Source: Isosphaeraceae bacterium (GTDB lineage: Bacteria; Planctomycetota; Planctomycetia; Isosphaerales; Isosphaeraceae). From it: a DNA stretch of 32,167 nt. How positions within the stretch are numbered: the stretch's first letter is position 1; each line of letters starts with the position of its first letter. Positions 30,711 through 32,167 of the stretch are shown piece by piece. The position numbers were made by a program, and so were the translations under genes. The notes under the pieces were generated by a model. The model was not told the DNA's origin and made no database searches. It saw nothing but the letters and a program-made list of their open reading frames with translations. The DNA lies in NCBI GenBank assembly GCA_965201075.1, contig CBDAVP010000008.1, positions 124,001-156,167 of the forward strand, given 5' to 3'.

Positions 30711-31232
30711 ATGAGGTCTTACGGGTTTTTCGCAGTCACGGGCCTTGGCGTGGTCGTCTCGCTTCTCCTCACCGCGCCGTACCCGACTGCCGTTGCTCAG
30801 GAGGGCGCTGGCCGTGCCTCGTTGACCATCGATCTGGTTGGCTTCAAGGGCACGTCCGGCAAGGCGATCATCTACCTCTTCGACAATGAGAATTCGTTCA
30901 AGTCGGCCGACATGCGGAAGGACCGCAAGGAAGTGGAGAAGTACTTCCGGTCTCTGGTGGAGGTGCCAATTCAGGTCGCGGGGGATACTTCGTCGGCGCA
31001 GTGCAAAATCGGGAAGCTGCAGCCGGGCGAATACGCCGCGGTTGCCTTTCACGATGGAAATGGAAACGGCAAAGTAGACTCGAATCTCGTGGGCGTGCCC
31101 ACGGAGGGATTCGGCTTTTCCAACGATGTCCGGCCTCAAGTTCTCCCGATTCCCAAGGCCCCGACATGGAAGGCGGTCTCGTTCGTCGTCCGGCCCGGCG
31201 AGAATAGCATTCGCATTCGAGTGCGTGACTGA
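30711..31232 (+). CDS. DUF2141 domain exported protein
   Basis: Signal peptide; LQPGEYAAVAFHDGNGNGKVDSNLVGVPTEGFGFSND...PTWKAVSF signature. Confidence 0.88.
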   Translation: MRSYGFFAVTGLGVVVSLLLTAPYPTAVAQEGAGRASLTIDLVGFKGTSGKAIIYLFDNENSFKSADMRKDRKEVEKYFRSLVEVPIQVAGDTSSAQCKIGKLQPGEYAAVAFHDGNGNGKVDSNLVGVPTEGFGFSNDVRPQVLPIPKAPTWKAVSFVVRPGENSIRIRVRD

Positions 31233-31524
31233 ACAGGAGCCAGGCGTTTTTCGCGAGGCTCAGCGGCACGTACCGCTGAGCAATGGACGCAAGTACATAA
31301 GTTGGGACAAAAGAGATTGGTTTCGCTGTCAAGCGCGATACCCCGGCGAAGAAGCCTTGTTGAGGGAAATCCACCTCAAGCCGGACGATGTCCTCGTGGA
31401 GAACGGCGCCTTTTACGAGCGGCTCATCCGGGCGTGCGCGCACCTCGTGGTCTACATCGTCACGCTCGGGGGCAAACGAGAAGCGACCAGATTAATAAGT
31501 GGCAATCGATTGTGTTCATCGGCC

Positions 31525-31999
31525 GGGCTATTGTCGAATGTTGTGGCCGGGAGTTGGTTCAGGCGGCGTCGTTCATCTCGATCCCATCGACGAACTATAC
31601 GCCCCAGATCCCGTCCTTGAGGCGTCCTGAACCGTTCAACATCCGCCACTTCCTGGATGCGAACTCTATCAACTTGAAGACCATCCTCAGGCAGGCAGCC
31701 CGGCTGCCGTTGCCCTTGGTCCGACCGTGAAGGAGCCGCACCGTGGCAAACGTCGACTCGAGCGGGTTCTTGGTGCGGATGTGTTGCCAGTGCTCGGCCG
31801 GGAAGCCGTAGGAGGGCAGCAACGCTCCCGGTCCTTGGGCAGGCATTCGGGGTGTTCGGCCTTGTAGGTCGCCACGAACAGGTCAAACGCACGCTCGGCG
31901 GCCTACTCCTCGGCCACTTCGGCCGGCTGGTGGTCTGGCGACTCACCGAGGGAACGGCGGCCTCCTCAACTCCTCATCCACAACTTCCGGCTAAAGCCC
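31525..31999 (-). mobile_element. Internally deleted IS256-family element (both ends plus degenerate transposase C-terminus)
   Basis: IRs GGGCTATTGTCGAATGTTGTGG / GGGCTTTAGCCGGAAGTTGTGG (17/22). Frameshifted remnant AFDLF..TY, FPAEHWQHIRTKNPLESTFATVRL...RTKGNGSRAACLRMVFKL...FVDG..AA*. Confidence 0.85.
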
Positions 32000-32167
32000 G
32001 GTCAGGGTACCAAAGAGGGAGCGTCAAATCGCGTTCACACGTGCTGAGGACGAACCTAGAGCATGTTATGAACTCCAGTCAAACAGCGGGACCGCTTTCC
32101 GCAACATCAGCACACTAAAGGCGACGTAATGCAGTCCCGCCAGCGTGGAACCCAGTCGCTCTGAAGT

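Overview
High-GC bacterial chromosome window. Gene content (TPR protein, Gly-rich exported protein, TIGR03066-like protein, ECF sigma, IS types) points to a planctomycete; that assignment is inference. Bases 1-20360 are core-like: Uma2 nuclease, type IIA topoisomerase subunit A, sugar epimerase, folD, OprO/P-type porin, ECF sigma, inositol monophosphatase, hypothetical proteins, a stand-alone receiver domain, a TPR protein, a YkgJ-like protein, a frameshifted site-2 protease, and an aroB-dprA-tadA-tRNA-Ser(CGA) run. In that run the tadA stop codon lies inside the tRNA gene. After the tRNA comes a decayed accessory region with no visible integrase. It holds a hairpin-rich ~680 bp non-coding stretch, a 5'-truncated HNH endonuclease, an IS3 fragment cut by a CTAG-ended IS, and a TetR/SDR divergon. 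Further on are an 1860 bp IS701-like element with a passenger ORF, an SDR pseudogene, a 99 bp MITE, an apparently intact IS630, two exported proteins and an internally deleted IS256. Family assignments come from motif recognition only; no searches were run.
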